From: a virus
Reading direction: 5' to 3' (one strand)
Virus record (IMG/VR): IMGVR_UViG_3300023223_001048
Coordinates: 1 to 37,453 of that record
Length of the DNA stretch: 37,453 nt
In this document: positions 8,650 to 18,403 of the stretch, piece by piece
Position numbering within the stretch: position 1 is the stretch's first letter
Layout of the letters: each line of letters begins with the position of its first letter
Program-made: the position numbers and the translations under genes
Notes under the pieces: model-generated
Databases searched by the model: none
What the model saw: only the letters and a program-made list of their open reading frames with translations
Told to the model about the DNA's origin: nothing

Positions 8650-8885
8650 TTTTTTACTCTCTTTCGTTTCTTTCTTCTGATCAAATCGATAAATAAAGGG
8701 ATAAATACTTCCTCATTTACCGTATATTCATTATATTCATATTCAACATCAGGATATAAAGATCTTAATAAATCAAGTTCGATATTGAATCTTAATTCCC
8801 ATCTCGGCCTACCATTTGTCATGGTTCTGTAATTAGTTCCTACGCGTACTTTTCTTTGTTCAATTAATTCTTCGATTGTATCCAT
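8646..8885 (-). CDS. Hypothetical 79-aa protein with a basic tail (RRKKRKRVKK), the first gene of the antisense cassette.
   Basis: A ggag RBS lies 8 nt before the ATG at 8885. Confidence 0.55.
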   Translation of the reverse strand: MDTIEELIEQRKVRVGTNYRTMTNGRPRWELRFNIELDLLRSLYPDVEYEYNEYTVNEEVFIPLFIDLIRRKKRKRVKK

Positions 8886-9033
8886 AATACGCTCCGTTAA
8901 ATTGCACACAATGCATGCTGCATATACAGTGTACGCACAATTGTAACAGATATGCCAATGTATAACTAACTTGTAGTATTATTACTTCGAACGCCGGTAG
9001 AAATACCGAGGTAATCCACTAATAGGTGAGAGC

Positions 9034-9936
9034 ATGGCAGATGAAACCGAACAGTTAAACGAAGAAACTACCGTCGAAGTTAAAGCTGAAGAGACTGATC
9101 CTCCCTCAGAAGAAACCACCGACGAGTCTAAAGAAATTGAAGAAAACGAGATCGTTTTAGCTGGTCAAGAGACTGAAAAAGGCAAGTCAGCGCCTAAAGA
9201 TAATAAGCCTTTTATAATTAAAAGGTTTGCGAAAAAGAACGACAAGTTGCAAAGCGAGAATACAGCGTTAAAGGCGCAATTACAGCAAATGGCAAGCGCG
9301 CCCGTTGTTGATGGCGTAGAAGCTGAGCCAGACGAATTAGATTTTGATGATCATAAGGATTATTTAGCGGCAAAATCTAAGCATCAAGCCAAGCTTTTAA
9401 GAAGTGTGGTTAATGAACGGTTGGCTGAAGAACAAAACGCACATCGTATTGCAGCGGTACAACAGCAAAAAGAGAGTGCATTAAAGACGTATACAGAGAG
9501 TGCGGCTGCGTTGAAAGTTTCTGATTTTAATGAGACGCAAGACAAAGCTTTTGATGTATTAGGCGACGATTTTGCACAATTGATTATGGAAGAAATTCCA
9601 GAAGAAGGTTCCAAATTGATTTATTGGTTTGGAAAGAACCCTCAAGAAGCTGTTGAATATCGGGAGAGATATCTTAGAAATCCTGGTAAGACTACTTTTT
9701 CGCTAGGTAAGCTGGCTGGTAAATTGACCATACAGCCGAAACGATCAAATGCAGCTGATCCTGAAAGTAAAGTGGATAATGCTAGTGTTGGTGGAAGCGA
9801 TAGTGATTGGCAGAAGCAGCTTGATAAGATAGATAAAGCTGTCACTAATAAGACTATTTCCAAATCAGTAAACGCTAGACGAGAAGTTAAAAAGCAGGCA
9901 AAAGCAGCAGGATTTGACGTTTCGACACTTAACTAG
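9034..9936 (+). CDS. Probable scaffolding protein (300 aa).
   Basis: It lies just upstream of the coat gene, is about the size of P22 gp8 (303 aa), has an acidic N-terminus, and is helical and charged throughout. Confidence 0.7.
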   Translation: MADETEQLNEETTVEVKAEETDPPSEETTDESKEIEENEIVLAGQETEKGKSAPKDNKPFIIKRFAKKNDKLQSENTALKAQLQQMASAPVVDGVEAEPDELDFDDHKDYLAAKSKHQAKLLRSVVNERLAEEQNAHRIAAVQQQKESALKTYTESAAALKVSDFNETQDKAFDVLGDDFAQLIMEEIPEEGSKLIYWFGKNPQEAVEYRERYLRNPGKTTFSLGKLAGKLTIQPKRSNAADPESKVDNASVGGSDSDWQKQLDKIDKAVTNKTISKSVNARREVKKQAKAAGFDVSTLN

Positions 9937-9948
9937 TGAGAAACGATC

Positions 9949-11229
9949 ATGAGTAATCAAGCAAAGATAGTCACCCGAGTATTGGGTGATGAGTTAGAAA
10001 AGTTTGAGGCAGATAATATATGCCTTAGACGATCAACAGTTAGACGCATGGGTGGTCAATCAGGTCATCGTAGCGAGTTCACAGAATGGTATGACGTACC
10101 CTATGTCTCTACAACTGTAGACGGATTATCGCTTACAGATTTTAATGAGATAACAGGTCTAGCCGTACCGCACAGAGTTAATGTATATACTAATACGCAT
10201 TTTAGGCTCACAAATACCGATATCTTAGATACCTCAGAATTAAGCCGTAAGGTAGCATCAGGTTTTCAAGCCCTAGATAATCGTATCAATGTTGCTTGTG
10301 CTAATGCCGTTAACATCCAAGGCAGTCAGTATGTATCAAGTACTGTTCCATTAGCTGGTTTTGCAGATGTTGCAGATGTAGATACACGTTTTACTGAGCA
10401 AGATGTAAGTCAGATAACCGATAAGACAATGATCTTAAATCCTGGCGATTATAACAACATGGCCAATGATTTACAGATTGCAAGTCGATCTATTAACCCT
10501 AATAGCATTTCTGAAAACGCGTACGAAAAGGCTAAGATTGCAGAGATTGCGAACTTTTTAACTTTCAAAACCTCTTTTACGCCAGTTAAGGCAGCTGCTG
10601 TATTGGCTTCTACAACGGTTACTGGTGCTCAATCTGCCATTCCTGTCGGTCATATTTTGGATGCAGAAGGAAATCCGACCAATGTAGATAATCGTAGAAT
10701 GAATTTAGTTGTCGCTAGTACTGCGGGTGTTGTGCCTGGTGATAAATTCACGATTTCTACGGTTAACGCAGTGTCTATGCAAAACAAAAATGATACTGGG
10801 AATCTGAGAACTTTTACAGTTTTAGCCGTGGTTGACGCGACTAACATGACTATTAGCCCTCAAATTGTTCCTGTTACAGCTTCAGCTACAACCACAGCAA
10901 CACAATCTCAGAAAGATTGGGCTAATGTGACCGTTGAAGCTCCAGCAGCAGGCACCGTAACATTTATTAACTTTGATGATGCGAATACCAACTTATTTTG
11001 GGAAAACGATGCAATTAGTATCAATGTTGCGCCAGTCGTTGGATCAGAAGAAGACTTAGGTGGCATGATCTTGATGAATGCTACGACCGAGTTAGGTTTA
11101 AATGTTGTTATTGCTAAGCAGGGCGATATTGCTGATTTATCCACGCAATGGCGTATGACTACCTTTTTCGGTATAACAATTCGTGATCCGCTGAAATGCG
11201 GTGTGTTAGCAGGATCACAAACACCTTAA
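9949..11229 (+). CDS. Major capsid (coat) protein, P22 gp5-like (426 aa).
   Basis: P22 gp5-like motifs: NVDNRRMNL, NLFWENDAISI (P22: NVFWADDAIRI), QGDIADLS, and the C-terminal GVLAGSQTP. Confidence 0.9.
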   Translation: MSNQAKIVTRVLGDELEKFEADNICLRRSTVRRMGGQSGHRSEFTEWYDVPYVSTTVDGLSLTDFNEITGLAVPHRVNVYTNTHFRLTNTDILDTSELSRKVASGFQALDNRINVACANAVNIQGSQYVSSTVPLAGFADVADVDTRFTEQDVSQITDKTMILNPGDYNNMANDLQIASRSINPNSISENAYEKAKIAEIANFLTFKTSFTPVKAAAVLASTTVTGAQSAIPVGHILDAEGNPTNVDNRRMNLVVASTAGVVPGDKFTISTVNAVSMQNKNDTGNLRTFTVLAVVDATNMTISPQIVPVTASATTTATQSQKDWANVTVEAPAAGTVTFINFDDANTNLFWENDAISINVAPVVGSEEDLGGMILMNATTELGLNVVIAKQGDIADLSTQWRMTTFFGITIRDPLKCGVLAGSQTP

Positions 11230-11239
11230 TACTCCTTAA

Positions 11240-11270
11240 AGGGCTGCTCTTAATGGGCAGCTCTCTTTTT
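11240..11270 (+). terminator. Rho-independent terminator after the coat gene.
   Basis: An 8-bp stem (agggctgc / gcagctct, one G-U pair), a 9-nt loop, then cttttt. Confidence 0.6.
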
Positions 11271-11287
11271 AAAAAAGAGGTGTTGAT

Positions 11288-11743
11288 ATGGCAACAGCAG
11301 CCGAAGTAGTAGATGGATCGTTACAGTTTCTTGGTGTTCTTAATGAATTGAATCCTCCGGATGCCTTTTTACAAGGTGCATTTTTCGATGAGTTAATTCG
11401 TATGATTAATCGATGGTCGTCTGTTAATCTCGATTTAGGCATTACTATTCCTGATACTCCGGCCGATGAACTTGGTAATCCTGCATCTACTGATGATGCA
11501 TTAATGAGTTCGCTTGCTATAGCCGGTCAGAAGATAGCAAAAGTCATTGCGTCAGCATCTTTAAGAAAAGATCAAAAGATTTATTATAGGCAAATGAAAG
11601 CAGCTTTCGGTTTATGGCCAGAGCAACCATTTCCTGCTTCTTTACCGCTTGGTCAAGGTGTTAATCTTGGACCAAGGGCTAAACGATTCTTTCCAGATAC
11701 GCTTGTTGTTGGTGCGGATTCTAATACGTCATTAGGCACTTAA
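11288..11743 (+). CDS. Head-completion / tail-adaptor protein, P22 gp4-like (151 aa).
   Basis: It follows the coat gene as in P22. The N-terminus ...DGSLQFLGVL... resembles gp4 ...AALRKLGVA.... Confidence 0.6.
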   Translation: MATAAEVVDGSLQFLGVLNELNPPDAFLQGAFFDELIRMINRWSSVNLDLGITIPDTPADELGNPASTDDALMSSLAIAGQKIAKVIASASLRKDQKIYYRQMKAAFGLWPEQPFPASLPLGQGVNLGPRAKRFFPDTLVVGADSNTSLGT

Positions 11744-12370
11744 ATGGTCAGATCAACAACAAGAGTACAAAATCTTACAAGAATCACTGCGCTTGAAGAT
11801 TCTGATGTTTTTGTTATTGGCCCAGGTGATGGCGATAGAGCTAAAGGTATTCCCTTTAACGATCTTCTAAATGTTCTTAGGGAAAGGCTAGTCGTAGAGA
11901 CAGAAATTTTAATTAATGGCAGTAGTTTTGTTGCTCAAAATCCTATTGGTACTGACAATCCTTTACAGATAGAATTCGGTACAGCCGTTAATGGGCCGAC
12001 TGATCCTGTTCAAATGGATGCTACCGGCTTAGTCACATTTAATGAAACAGATGAATATGCAATAAGTTTTTTCTTCGAATATGGGCGCTTAGGTGCAGGT
12101 CAGGTATCTTGGTTATTTTGGCGCATTAAAGTTAATGGCGTGCAATCAGGCAATTCAGTTTTTGCAAAATTAGATGGTGCAAATGATGACGTTCCAGTTC
12201 AATTTGAAATAGCACGAGTCTTTAATGAAGACGATTTCTTTACTGTGGAATTAATGCGCGATTCACAAGGCAATAATACAGGGGGGCTATTAAGTGAAAC
12301 GCCGACTCCTATTGATTGGAACCGTGCTCCTTCTGCGAATATTGTTATAAGAAGAGTGGTGATTCAATGA
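11744..12370 (+). CDS. Virion/fibre-like protein (208 aa). Its N-terminal 45 aa or so are shared with the 19678 fibre gene.
   Basis: MVRSTTRVQNLTRITALEDSDVFVIGPGDGDRAKGIPFNDL compared with MTRSTTRIQNLTRISSLGNEDIIALGPKNGDRAKGITFGNL. Confidence 0.6.
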   Translation: MVRSTTRVQNLTRITALEDSDVFVIGPGDGDRAKGIPFNDLLNVLRERLVVETEILINGSSFVAQNPIGTDNPLQIEFGTAVNGPTDPVQMDATGLVTFNETDEYAISFFFEYGRLGAGQVSWLFWRIKVNGVQSGNSVFAKLDGANDDVPVQFEIARVFNEDDFFTVELMRDSQGNNTGGLLSETPTPIDWNRAPSANIVIRRVVIQ

Positions 12371-13725
12371 CCCAAGTACCACTTCCTACAGGTATACAAG
12401 GCGATAAAGATATCCCACGGTTACAGGAAAGTCTTGTTAACTTATTTAATCCTGGTGATAACACTTTAATAAAAACGCCTGGTATTACTGCTCTTTCTGT
12501 TGGTGAAGGTAATTGTCGTGGCGCTATAAGTTTTCAAGAAGAGCATTATCAAGTTTCAGGCACAGAGTTAATTAAGATTTCTGATTCTGGGTTTAAAACA
12601 GTTTTAGGCATGATTGAAGGCACTGCTGATGTTGATATGGCGATTAGTTTTATTGCTTTAGAAATTGTTGTGAAAGGGGGAAAGGGCTATTCGTTTTCTA
12701 CATCTGGTGGGTTAATTGAAATAACAGGTAGTTTTGTACCAAGCGTAGAAGTAGAAGCTATCAATTCAAGATTTGTTTTTGTGCCTTTTGACGGAAGCCC
12801 TTTATTTTTTACGGATGTTAATGACCCCACGACTATTCCGGCACTAAATTTCTTTGATGCTGAATTATTACCTGATAGAAATACAGGCGTTATTAATCTG
12901 AGAAATGATCTTTATGTCGGTGGCATAGATTCATTCGAAATATTTAGAGATACAGGTGATGCTGATAATGTTTTTCAGAGAGTTGACCAAGCTTCTATTG
13001 AATCAGGTTATTTAACCGCTAAGGCGCGTTATAAAGATACTTTTGTATTTTTAGGCAGAGATCGAGACGGCTCCTTCGGCTTTCATGCTATAAGCGCAGG
13101 TAATGCGCCTAAAATATCGATACCTCAAATTGATGAAATCTTAAATAACGAATATACATTACAAGAATTACAGTTATGCACCTCTCAAAGATTTACGAAG
13201 AGTGGTGTCGATATGGTTGCGTTTCGACTCGCGAGAAATACATTTACATTTTATGGTACAGATTGGTGTTTTCAACAAAGCGGTATTGATGGACTTGGAG
13301 TCGTAAGTCCGTGGGAAGTTAATCATTTAGCTTTTACTTACGGCAAATACATTACAGGTAATACTAATGATGCAAATATAGGCGTCTTAGACAACACCAT
13401 TATTACAGAATTTGGAAATGAAATTGAAAGAGTGATCGAGACTTTTGTAAAAGCAGAAATTAATTCTTATTTTGCAATTAATACGATTTATTTATCTTGT
13501 ATAACTGGCACGTCTTTGTTGTCTGGTTCTATCGCATTACAAATAAGCCATGACAATTTAACCTTTGGCCCACAAGTGCCAAGACTTTTGGGCGCTATTG
13601 GGAAAAGTGAACAGCAAGTCGCTTGGCTTGGAGGTGCGGGAAGATTTGAAAGATTTTGTGGTATGCGTTTTAGAACGACAAGCGATGTTGATTTTAGTGT
13701 TGATGGGGTATCAATTAATGTTTAA
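12367..13725 (+). CDS. Head-completion protein, P22 gp10-like (452 aa).
   Basis: ATGA coupling at 12367-12370. Size, position and N-terminal pattern (LP...PGIT...RG) match P22 gp10. Confidence 0.65.
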   Translation: MTQVPLPTGIQGDKDIPRLQESLVNLFNPGDNTLIKTPGITALSVGEGNCRGAISFQEEHYQVSGTELIKISDSGFKTVLGMIEGTADVDMAISFIALEIVVKGGKGYSFSTSGGLIEITGSFVPSVEVEAINSRFVFVPFDGSPLFFTDVNDPTTIPALNFFDAELLPDRNTGVINLRNDLYVGGIDSFEIFRDTGDADNVFQRVDQASIESGYLTAKARYKDTFVFLGRDRDGSFGFHAISAGNAPKISIPQIDEILNNEYTLQELQLCTSQRFTKSGVDMVAFRLARNTFTFYGTDWCFQQSGIDGLGVVSPWEVNHLAFTYGKYITGNTNDANIGVLDNTIITEFGNEIERVIETFVKAEINSYFAINTIYLSCITGTSLLSGSIALQISHDNLTFGPQVPRLLGAIGKSEQQVAWLGGAGRFERFCGMRFRTTSDVDFSVDGVSINV

Positions 13726-13747
13726 CATTTTAAGCATGAGGTAGATT

Positions 13748-14368
13748 ATGCCTCACGCTCCCAACAATCCGAAACACGGCGACAATATCATTGAAGAAAC
13801 CAAAGATACGTTTGGTAGTATTAAACATGTTGCCTCGTTTCAGTTTCAAAAGTTTCTGGATTCGTTAGGGACACTGTTAAGATTAACGCCTACTACTTTT
13901 GTAGTCGCAGCCTATGGAGGCATAGAGCAAACTGGGGCGCCAGCAATGGCTGATATTGATTCGACCTTTCAGACGATTGCTTTTGATGCTGCGGCTTTAA
14001 CTAATCCAAAAGGCGTTACACAGGATTTTGCAAATGATGCGCTTATTTTTGATTTCCAAGGTATTTGGCGCGTTACTGCTTTACTAACAATTAGTTGGAA
14101 TGATGCAAATTCTGGGAGAGAATTAGAGGTAAGGTTTTTTAATGCTGATACCGCAACAGCAGGCCCATCAACGACTTATTTTGCTGGTCGAAACCAAGAT
14201 GGCATTAATATTCCCGTTTCGTTTTTGGCTGAAATACCCGAGGATGTTGTTGGTGATAAATTTGAGCTACAAATAGGCAGTGTCACGGATACTTTTACGG
14301 GCGTTACGCTTGAGGACGCAAATTATGATACTAATCACGTCAGCGAATTTGTGGGAGATTTCACCTAA
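13748..14368 (+). CDS. Virion structural protein, function unknown (206 aa).
   Basis: gaggtagattATG RBS, and it lies inside the structural operon. Confidence 0.6.
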   Translation: MPHAPNNPKHGDNIIEETKDTFGSIKHVASFQFQKFLDSLGTLLRLTPTTFVVAAYGGIEQTGAPAMADIDSTFQTIAFDAAALTNPKGVTQDFANDALIFDFQGIWRVTALLTISWNDANSGRELEVRFFNADTATAGPSTTYFAGRNQDGINIPVSFLAEIPEDVVGDKFELQIGSVTDTFTGVTLEDANYDTNHVSEFVGDFT

Positions 14369-14385
14369 TTTTAAGGGGTTTAATT

Positions 14386-15249
14386 ATGGGTTTATTTAGT
14401 GGTGGTGGTTTTTTAGGTGAGATCGGGAGCGCATTGGGCATTAATACGTCTGCTCAACAAGCAGCGATCGGTGGTGTTGGAGAAACAATTTTCCAGGGTT
14501 TTGAAGAAGGTCGCGATATTATTACAGGTGGTGCTGAAGCCGCACGCGGTGAATTAAGACCTTTTGCCCAAGCTGGATTAGGGGCATTGCCTGGATTACA
14601 AGCAGGTGCTACTTTAGGTGGATTTGGACAAAATATAGGTGATATTTTTCAAAGTGGCGCTTTAAATCCTTTGATTGCACAAAGACAAAGATCGGCAGAG
14701 TCCGCTTTAGGTCGTGCTGGATTAACGCGATCAGGAGCAGCTGCGCGATCAGCTGCTGACATACCGGCTGATCTGGCATTTCAACTTGAAAATTTATTAT
14801 TCGGACGTACAGCTGAGCTTGCTGGCCTTGGTCAAGGAGCCGCAGGTGGGATAGCCAACATTTTTGGCACTGAATCCACTAATATCGCCAATATATTGCA
14901 AGCACAAGCTGAAGCTCAAGGGTCTACTGTGCTCGCTCAACAACAAGCGCAGGCGGCAGGACAGCAACAGACAGGTGGTTTATTGGGTGGTTTATTAGGT
15001 GGTATTTTTTCAGACATTCGATTAAAAACTAATATAAAACAAATAGGGACTATTCATGATTTAATTTTATATGAATGGGATTGGAAACCAGGCGTGGAAG
15101 ATTTGATTGATATACCGCTTATGAATACTGGATTTATTGCACAAGAAGTAGAAAAATTACATCCTGAATTTGTGGGTAACAGCCATGGTTTGAAAACAAT
15201 TAATTATAGCGGCCTTATTAAACATTTGGAGGACATATGGTTACATTAG
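14386..15249 (+). CDS. Gly/Ala/Gln-rich virion protein with a C-terminal peptidase-S74 intramolecular chaperone domain (287 aa).
   Basis: SDIRLKTNIKQIG...YEWDWK...GFIAQEVEKLHPEFV is the hallmark of the self-cleaving chaperone of endosialidases and tail fibres. Confidence 0.8.
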   Translation: MGLFSGGGFLGEIGSALGINTSAQQAAIGGVGETIFQGFEEGRDIITGGAEAARGELRPFAQAGLGALPGLQAGATLGGFGQNIGDIFQSGALNPLIAQRQRSAESALGRAGLTRSGAAARSAADIPADLAFQLENLLFGRTAELAGLGQGAAGGIANIFGTESTNIANILQAQAEAQGSTVLAQQQAQAAGQQQTGGLLGGLLGGIFSDIRLKTNIKQIGTIHDLILYEWDWKPGVEDLIDIPLMNTGFIAQEVEKLHPEFVGNSHGLKTINYSGLIKHLEDIWLH

Positions 15250-16442
15250 CTTCATTAGATGGTGCATCCCTTGTACCTCAAACATTGGGCGCTCTTTCTC
15301 AAGGATTTCAATTCGGTAGAGGTGTAAGATCAGATATCTTGACGCCTGGATTAATCGAACAATTACGAGGGGGTGACGCAACTGCTAGAGATAAATTGTC
15401 TGCTTTAAATCCACAGGCTTTACAAAATTTATTTGCAGCGCAAGGAATGCAACAACAATTACAAACTGCTCAAGTGCAACAACAGTTACAAACTGAAAGA
15501 GCAGGCGCAATTAGACGAAAAGCACAAACACAACAGTTGTTAAAAGGTGGCCCTGAGACGCTAAACAATAATATTAAACAATGGGTACTTAGAAATAAAG
15601 ACGATCCTGATTTTGATATACGAGAAGCGCAAGAGTTAACTAATTTATCTGTCACTGATCCTGATAAAGCGATTAGCATGCTAGAAAACAATTTACAAGC
15701 GGCCAATAATGAGATTTCAATCGCTGATCAAATATTAGCGCCGGCAACGGCTCCAACGCCAGGCCAAGCATTTACATTATCCGAAGGACAAGTACGATTT
15801 GGCCCTGGTGGTCAGCAAATAGCGTCAGTTCCGAGTAAACAAGCGGGAGAGAGCAAACAAACACAAGTAAACAAGCTTAGATCAACACTGAATAATAATT
15901 TGAAAGATTTTAGAAAAGTTGGGGATGCATTTAATCGAATACAAGCTGTAACAAAAACGCCTTCGGCGGCAGGTGACCTTGCCTTGATATTTAATTTCAT
16001 GAAGATACTGGACCCTGGATCTGTTGTTAGAGAATCAGAATTTAAAACAGCAGAACAAGCAAGAGCATGGTTGAGCAAAGCAGATGATACTAATATTACA
16101 GTTCCAACGGCTGTTAGAACGGCCATTAATAAAGCAATAACAGGCCAAAGGTTATTGCCAGACCAAAGAGCCGATTTTGTTCAACAATCACGGAATCTTT
16201 TTGACTCACAAAGGCAATCTGCCGATATATTAGTAGGGAATATTTTACAACAAGCCGATCAAGATGAAATTTCTAGAGTTAGAATATTAGGAAAACAAAG
16301 ATTAAAAGAATTTGAAAGTAGACGACCAAGCGCATTCACACCTGTTCCTGCTGATCCAATTAAGGAGCCGGAAGGAACAATAGCCCGATCAAAAGATGGC
16401 AGAGAAATTGTAGTCAGAAATGGCACGTGGGTACTTCAATAA
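15237..16442 (+). CDS. Probable internal/ejection protein (401 aa, Gln-rich).
   Basis: Its position is equivalent to the P22 ejection proteins, with QQQLQT repeats. The call is positional. Confidence 0.55.
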   Translation: MVTLASLDGASLVPQTLGALSQGFQFGRGVRSDILTPGLIEQLRGGDATARDKLSALNPQALQNLFAAQGMQQQLQTAQVQQQLQTERAGAIRRKAQTQQLLKGGPETLNNNIKQWVLRNKDDPDFDIREAQELTNLSVTDPDKAISMLENNLQAANNEISIADQILAPATAPTPGQAFTLSEGQVRFGPGGQQIASVPSKQAGESKQTQVNKLRSTLNNNLKDFRKVGDAFNRIQAVTKTPSAAGDLALIFNFMKILDPGSVVRESEFKTAEQARAWLSKADDTNITVPTAVRTAINKAITGQRLLPDQRADFVQQSRNLFDSQRQSADILVGNILQQADQDEISRVRILGKQRLKEFESRRPSAFTPVPADPIKEPEGTIARSKDGREIVVRNGTWVLQ

Positions 16443-18403
16443 TGGCAACTCCTGAAGGATTTACTATCGTAGAACCAGTCGGTGTGCCTGAAGGGTTTAC
16501 TATTGTAGAACCAGTGCAACCGCCAGTTCCAGCTCCGGCCGAAGAACCTAGGGGTGTTGTAGGTACTGCTATTGCTGGTGGCGCAGAAGTGGCGGCCGGT
16601 GTAAATAGACAATTACTAGGGTTATTGGATTTTCTCGGCCCTGATACTATTAATGCAATTTTAGACGTAGTCGGCAGTGAAAAGAGAGTGCCTACATTTG
16701 GTCAATTAGCCGAACCTAGGGGTGCGTTTCTTGGGCCTGGGACACCCGCAGATATTTTAGGCGGCGTTGGCGAAGTAGCTGGAATAGGAGCTGGCTTGGG
16801 AGGCGCATTAAGGCAAGGCGCCCAAGCGTTGTCCCCATTAGCCAGAGAATCTGAAAGCGCAATTAGAGGTGTTTTAAGACAGGCTGGTCAAACTACTCCC
16901 GCACAAGATATAGCATTAGGCGGATTAGCAGGAGCGGGTCAAGAAATAGGCAGAGCTGAAGCTGGAGAAGAAGGCGCTTTAGTTGGCTCTATTTTATTTC
17001 CCTTAGGCGGAGTCGCCGTTCAACAAGGATTAACAAAATTATTAAATCTAGGTGGTAGAGGTATTACTGCGTTAACATCACAATTATCACAATTATCAGA
17101 AGAGGGGGCAGCAACATTATTAGCCGAACAGATGGTAAGAGAAGGTCTTTCTCCCTCTGATCTTGCAAAAAGATTACAAGCGCTTGGCCCTGAAGGTGTC
17201 CCCGCCGATGTAGCAAATTCTTTTGGCAGATTATTAAGGGTAGCCTCTAATGAAGTACCACGAATAGAAGGAAGGGCTGCACAAATTTTAAATGAAAGAC
17301 AGGCTGGTCAAGCCAGTAGGTTGTTTGCGGGTATTGATGAAGCGACTGGCACTATAGGTCTTTCTGTTGATGATGAAATCGCTAGAATGAATACTGTTTT
17401 AAAACCGCAAATAGATGAATTATATGCAACAGCCAGAGGTAATTCTGTTCCGCTCAGCCCAAGATTAAAAGGATTGTTCGCAGGTAAAAATTCTTTAGGT
17501 CGAGCTAGAAAAGCAGCAGACAGAAGGTTAGCAGATAAAGAAGCCGCAGGCGATGTTATTACCAATATTGATATTATTGATGCTACAAAACAGGAACTTG
17601 ATGATCAAGTAGGAGCTGCTTTAAGAAAAGGTCAAAATAATAGAGTAAGAGATTTGATTCGATTAAAAAATGTAATGGTAGAAGAGGCAGACGCAGCTAT
17701 TCCAGAATATGCGCAAGGAAGAAGTGTATTTGCAGGGAAAGCAGCTTTAGAAAATGCAGCTGATGCTGGCGGCCAGTTTTTTAAATTAAAGCCGCGAGAA
17801 ATAGAAGATTTTGTTAAATCCATGGGGGATAGCGAACTAAAAATGTTTAGATTGGGTGCTAAACAAGCTATTGTCGATAGAGCAGAAAATTTACAAATTA
17901 ATGCCGACGCTGTTCGTAGATTATTTGGGAAACGTGGCGATATACAAAAATTAAAAAGTTTATTTCCAGACGAACAATCTTTTCAGGATTTTTCTAATGT
18001 TTTAGAAAGAGAGGCTAATTTTGTCCTAACAAGAAGGGCTGCACAAGCTAATTCGACAACTGTTAAACAAGCGATTGATTCAGGCAAAGCAATAGATTCT
18101 TTTATAGCCGCTCGAGCTGCATTAGGAGATCCTACGGCTGGGGCCATTGGATTTTCAAGAATATTAAGAGGATTAAAATCTAAAAAAGGTGGGGAGGCTT
18201 TTACGGCTGCTTTAGAACAAGCAGGCGATATATTATTAGAATCTGGTATGAATCCCAAGCAACTAGAAATATTATTAAGATCAGGAAATGCAGTAAGAAT
18301 TAGAAAGATTTTAGAAAATGTTTTAATTAAACCAAGTGAAGTAATTGTGCCTGTTTCTCAAGCTTCTATTGCTGCGCAATTACAAGAAGGAGCGCCACAA
18401 TGA
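16442..18403 (+). CDS. Probable internal/ejection protein (653 aa, Ala/Gly-rich).
   Basis: TAATG coupling at 16440-16444, size close to P22 gp16, and position. Confidence 0.6.
   Translation: MATPEGFTIVEPVGVPEGFTIVEPVQPPVPAPAEEPRGVVGTAIAGGAEVAAGVNRQLLGLLDFLGPDTINAILDVVGSEKRVPTFGQLAEPRGAFLGPGTPADILGGVGEVAGIGAGLGGALRQGAQALSPLARESESAIRGVLRQAGQTTPAQDIALGGLAGAGQEIGRAEAGEEGALVGSILFPLGGVAVQQGLTKLLNLGGRGITALTSQLSQLSEEGAATLLAEQMVREGLSPSDLAKRLQALGPEGVPADVANSFGRLLRVASNEVPRIEGRAAQILNERQAGQASRLFAGIDEATGTIGLSVDDEIARMNTVLKPQIDELYATARGNSVPLSPRLKGLFAGKNSLGRARKAADRRLADKEAAGDVITNIDIIDATKQELDDQVGAALRKGQNNRVRDLIRLKNVMVEEADAAIPEYAQGRSVFAGKAALENAADAGGQFFKLKPREIEDFVKSMGDSELKMFRLGAKQAIVDRAENLQINADAVRRLFGKRGDIQKLKSLFPDEQSFQDFSNVLEREANFVLTRRAAQANSTTVKQAIDSGKAIDSFIAARAALGDPTAGAIGFSRILRGLKSKKGGEAFTAALEQAGDILLESGMNPKQLEILLRSGNAVRIRKILENVLIKPSEVIVPVSQASIAAQLQEGAPQ
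16451..16522 (+). repeat. Tandem 36-bp duplication encoding PEGFTIVEPVGV / PEGFTIVEPVQP.
   Basis: cctgaaggatttactatcgtagaaccagt at 16451 and cctgaagggtttactattgtagaaccagt at 16487. Confidence 0.85.

Noticed and set aside
8910-9033. Explicit -35/-10 promoter calls for the antisense cassette and for the scaffold gene.
   Set aside because: Several near-hexamers exist (TTGTAA, TATAAC, TTACAA, TATATG), but the spacings of 14-15 nt are poor. A small palindrome, atgcatgctgcat, is present at 8911-8923. I could not support a specific call.
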